Below are positions 15,496 through 16,491 of a stretch of 16,491 nt of DNA, one piece after another. The DNA is from a bacterium. Lineage in GTDB: Bacteria; Zhuqueibacterota; Zhuqueibacteria; Zhuqueibacterales; Zhuqueibacteraceae. Position 1 is the stretch's first letter, and every line of letters starts with the position of its first letter. The stretch spans positions 1-16,491 of the forward strand of contig JBIOXB010000023.1 in assembly GCA_044869275.1 (NCBI GenBank). The letters are read 5' to 3'. Below the pieces are notes generated by a model, which was given only the letters and a program-made list of their open reading frames with translations, ran no database searches and had not been told where the DNA came from. The position numbers and the translations under genes are program-made.

Positions 15496-16248
15496 ATGCA
15501 AGGTATGACCATCCTCATCGTCGATGACGAGCAGCCTGCGCGCAGAAAGATTCGCACTTTTTTGAAAGAGGAGGCCGGCATCGCCGCCATTTTCGAGGCC
15601 GGCAACGGGATCGAAGCGGCAAAATTGATTCACGAGAAAAAACCGGACCTGGTGTTGCTGGATATTCAGATGCCGGGCATGACCGGCTTTGAGGTGATCG
15701 AGGCCATAGGTGCGGAAAAAATGCCGGCGGTGATTTTCGTCACGGCGTATGACCAATACGCGCTCGCGGCCTTTGAAGTGCACGCGCTCGATTATTTGCT
15801 GAAACCGTTTGATCAGGATCGTTTTCACAGGTCCTTCAGGCGCGCGCTTGAGCAGATGCGCTTGAAAAATGAGCACACCGGTGTCTTGCAAAGGCTGCTG
15901 GCGGAAATCAACAAAGAACAAAAGTACTTGCACAGAATCCTGGTGAATTCCGGAGCGCGTTACTTCTTTGTCAAAACCGGCGAGCTCCAGTATATTTCTG
16001 CGGAAGAAAAATACGTCAAGCTGCACACGGAAAAAGGCGGCTATCTCTTGCGCGAAACAATGAACGAGATGGAACAGCGCCTCGATCCCTCAAGATTTAT
16101 TCGCATTCATCGTTCGCATCTCGTCAATCTCGATTACATACAGGAAATCCAGCCCGGCTCGCACGGCGATTGTGTCGCGATTCTGAAAAACGGCGTCAGG
16201 CTCACCGTCAGCAGGCGCTATCGCGAGCGATTGTTGGGCAAAACCTAA
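15496..16248 (+). CDS. LytTR-family response regulator
   Basis: ILIVDDE, DLVLLDIQMPGMTG, FVTAYDQYALAAFEVHALDYLLKP and the C-terminal FIRIHRSHLVN...VSRRY. Confidence 0.96.
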   Translation: MQGMTILIVDDEQPARRKIRTFLKEEAGIAAIFEAGNGIEAAKLIHEKKPDLVLLDIQMPGMTGFEVIEAIGAEKMPAVIFVTAYDQYALAAFEVHALDYLLKPFDQDRFHRSFRRALEQMRLKNEHTGVLQRLLAEINKEQKYLHRILVNSGARYFFVKTGELQYISAEEKYVKLHTEKGGYLLRETMNEMEQRLDPSRFIRIHRSHLVNLDYIQEIQPGSHGDCVAILKNGVRLTVSRRYRERLLGKT

Positions 16249-16327
16249 CCCGGACAAGCCGGGAACCAAAAACTCAAAGAACAATGCCCAAATGTGGTTT
16301 TGAATTTTGAGCTTTGGATTGTGGATT
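16244..16327. repeat. Small hairpin at the LytTR stop followed by a degenerate heptamer tandem array
   Basis: cccgg-acaag-ccggg (16249-16263), then tgtggtt ttgaatt ttgagct ttggatt gtggatt (16293-16327). Confidence 0.55.
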
Positions 16328-16491
16328 TCTTTGCTCAAAAAGCGCAGATTTCACTTGTAAGCGTCTACGCCAGTTGTCGGCTGCGCCGCCAACTGAAGCC
16401 GCTTCGCGGCGGCTTTGGTTTAAGCCAACGGATAGAAAAACCCAACGGATGCCCTGGAGCATTTTCATGCGCCATGCTGAAACGAGCATGC

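Noticed and set aside
1..16491. CRISPR array, tRNA/rRNA, transposase, integrase, reverse transcriptase/DGR, RiPP cluster
   Set aside because: No regularly spaced repeat-spacer units, no recognisable structural RNA genes, no catalytic motifs for these enzymes, and no maturase next to the Cys peptide.

Overview
Bacterial window, probably from the FCB superphylum (KSB1/Calditrichota/Ignavibacteria-like). This is inferred only from an NYPNPFNP T9SS-type C-terminal domain and a propeller/Y_Y_Y sensor kinase. It is dense in signalling and envelope genes: a partial GxxExxY gene, a NarL-type regulator with a beta-propeller histidine kinase, two tandem AgmX/PglI (TonB-C-like) proteins, DinB, an ECF sigma / zinc-finger anti-sigma pair followed by an unannotated 48-aa secreted CX3CX5CX3C peptide, a GNAT, a small CCPP membrane protein, an outer-membrane beta-barrel, a GT39/ArnT-like glycosyltransferase and a LytS/LytTR pair. 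The intergenic DNA holds most of the novelty. (1) Three minus-strand promoters share one architecture, a palindromic CCNCAT-N4-ATGNGG box abutting a TTG -35 / 17 bp / TAnnnT -10. (2) Three gene remnants are present, including an in-frame receiver-N-terminus/HATPase-C-terminus fusion left by a collapsed two-component operon. (3) Several inverted pairs of short tandem repeats occur, with 6-, 9- and 15-nt units, plus an unpaired 7-nt array. (4) A 118-bp MITE-like element carries two REP-like hairpins. No rRNA, tRNA, CRISPR array or intact transposase was seen. All calls come from reading the sequence by eye; no database search was run.
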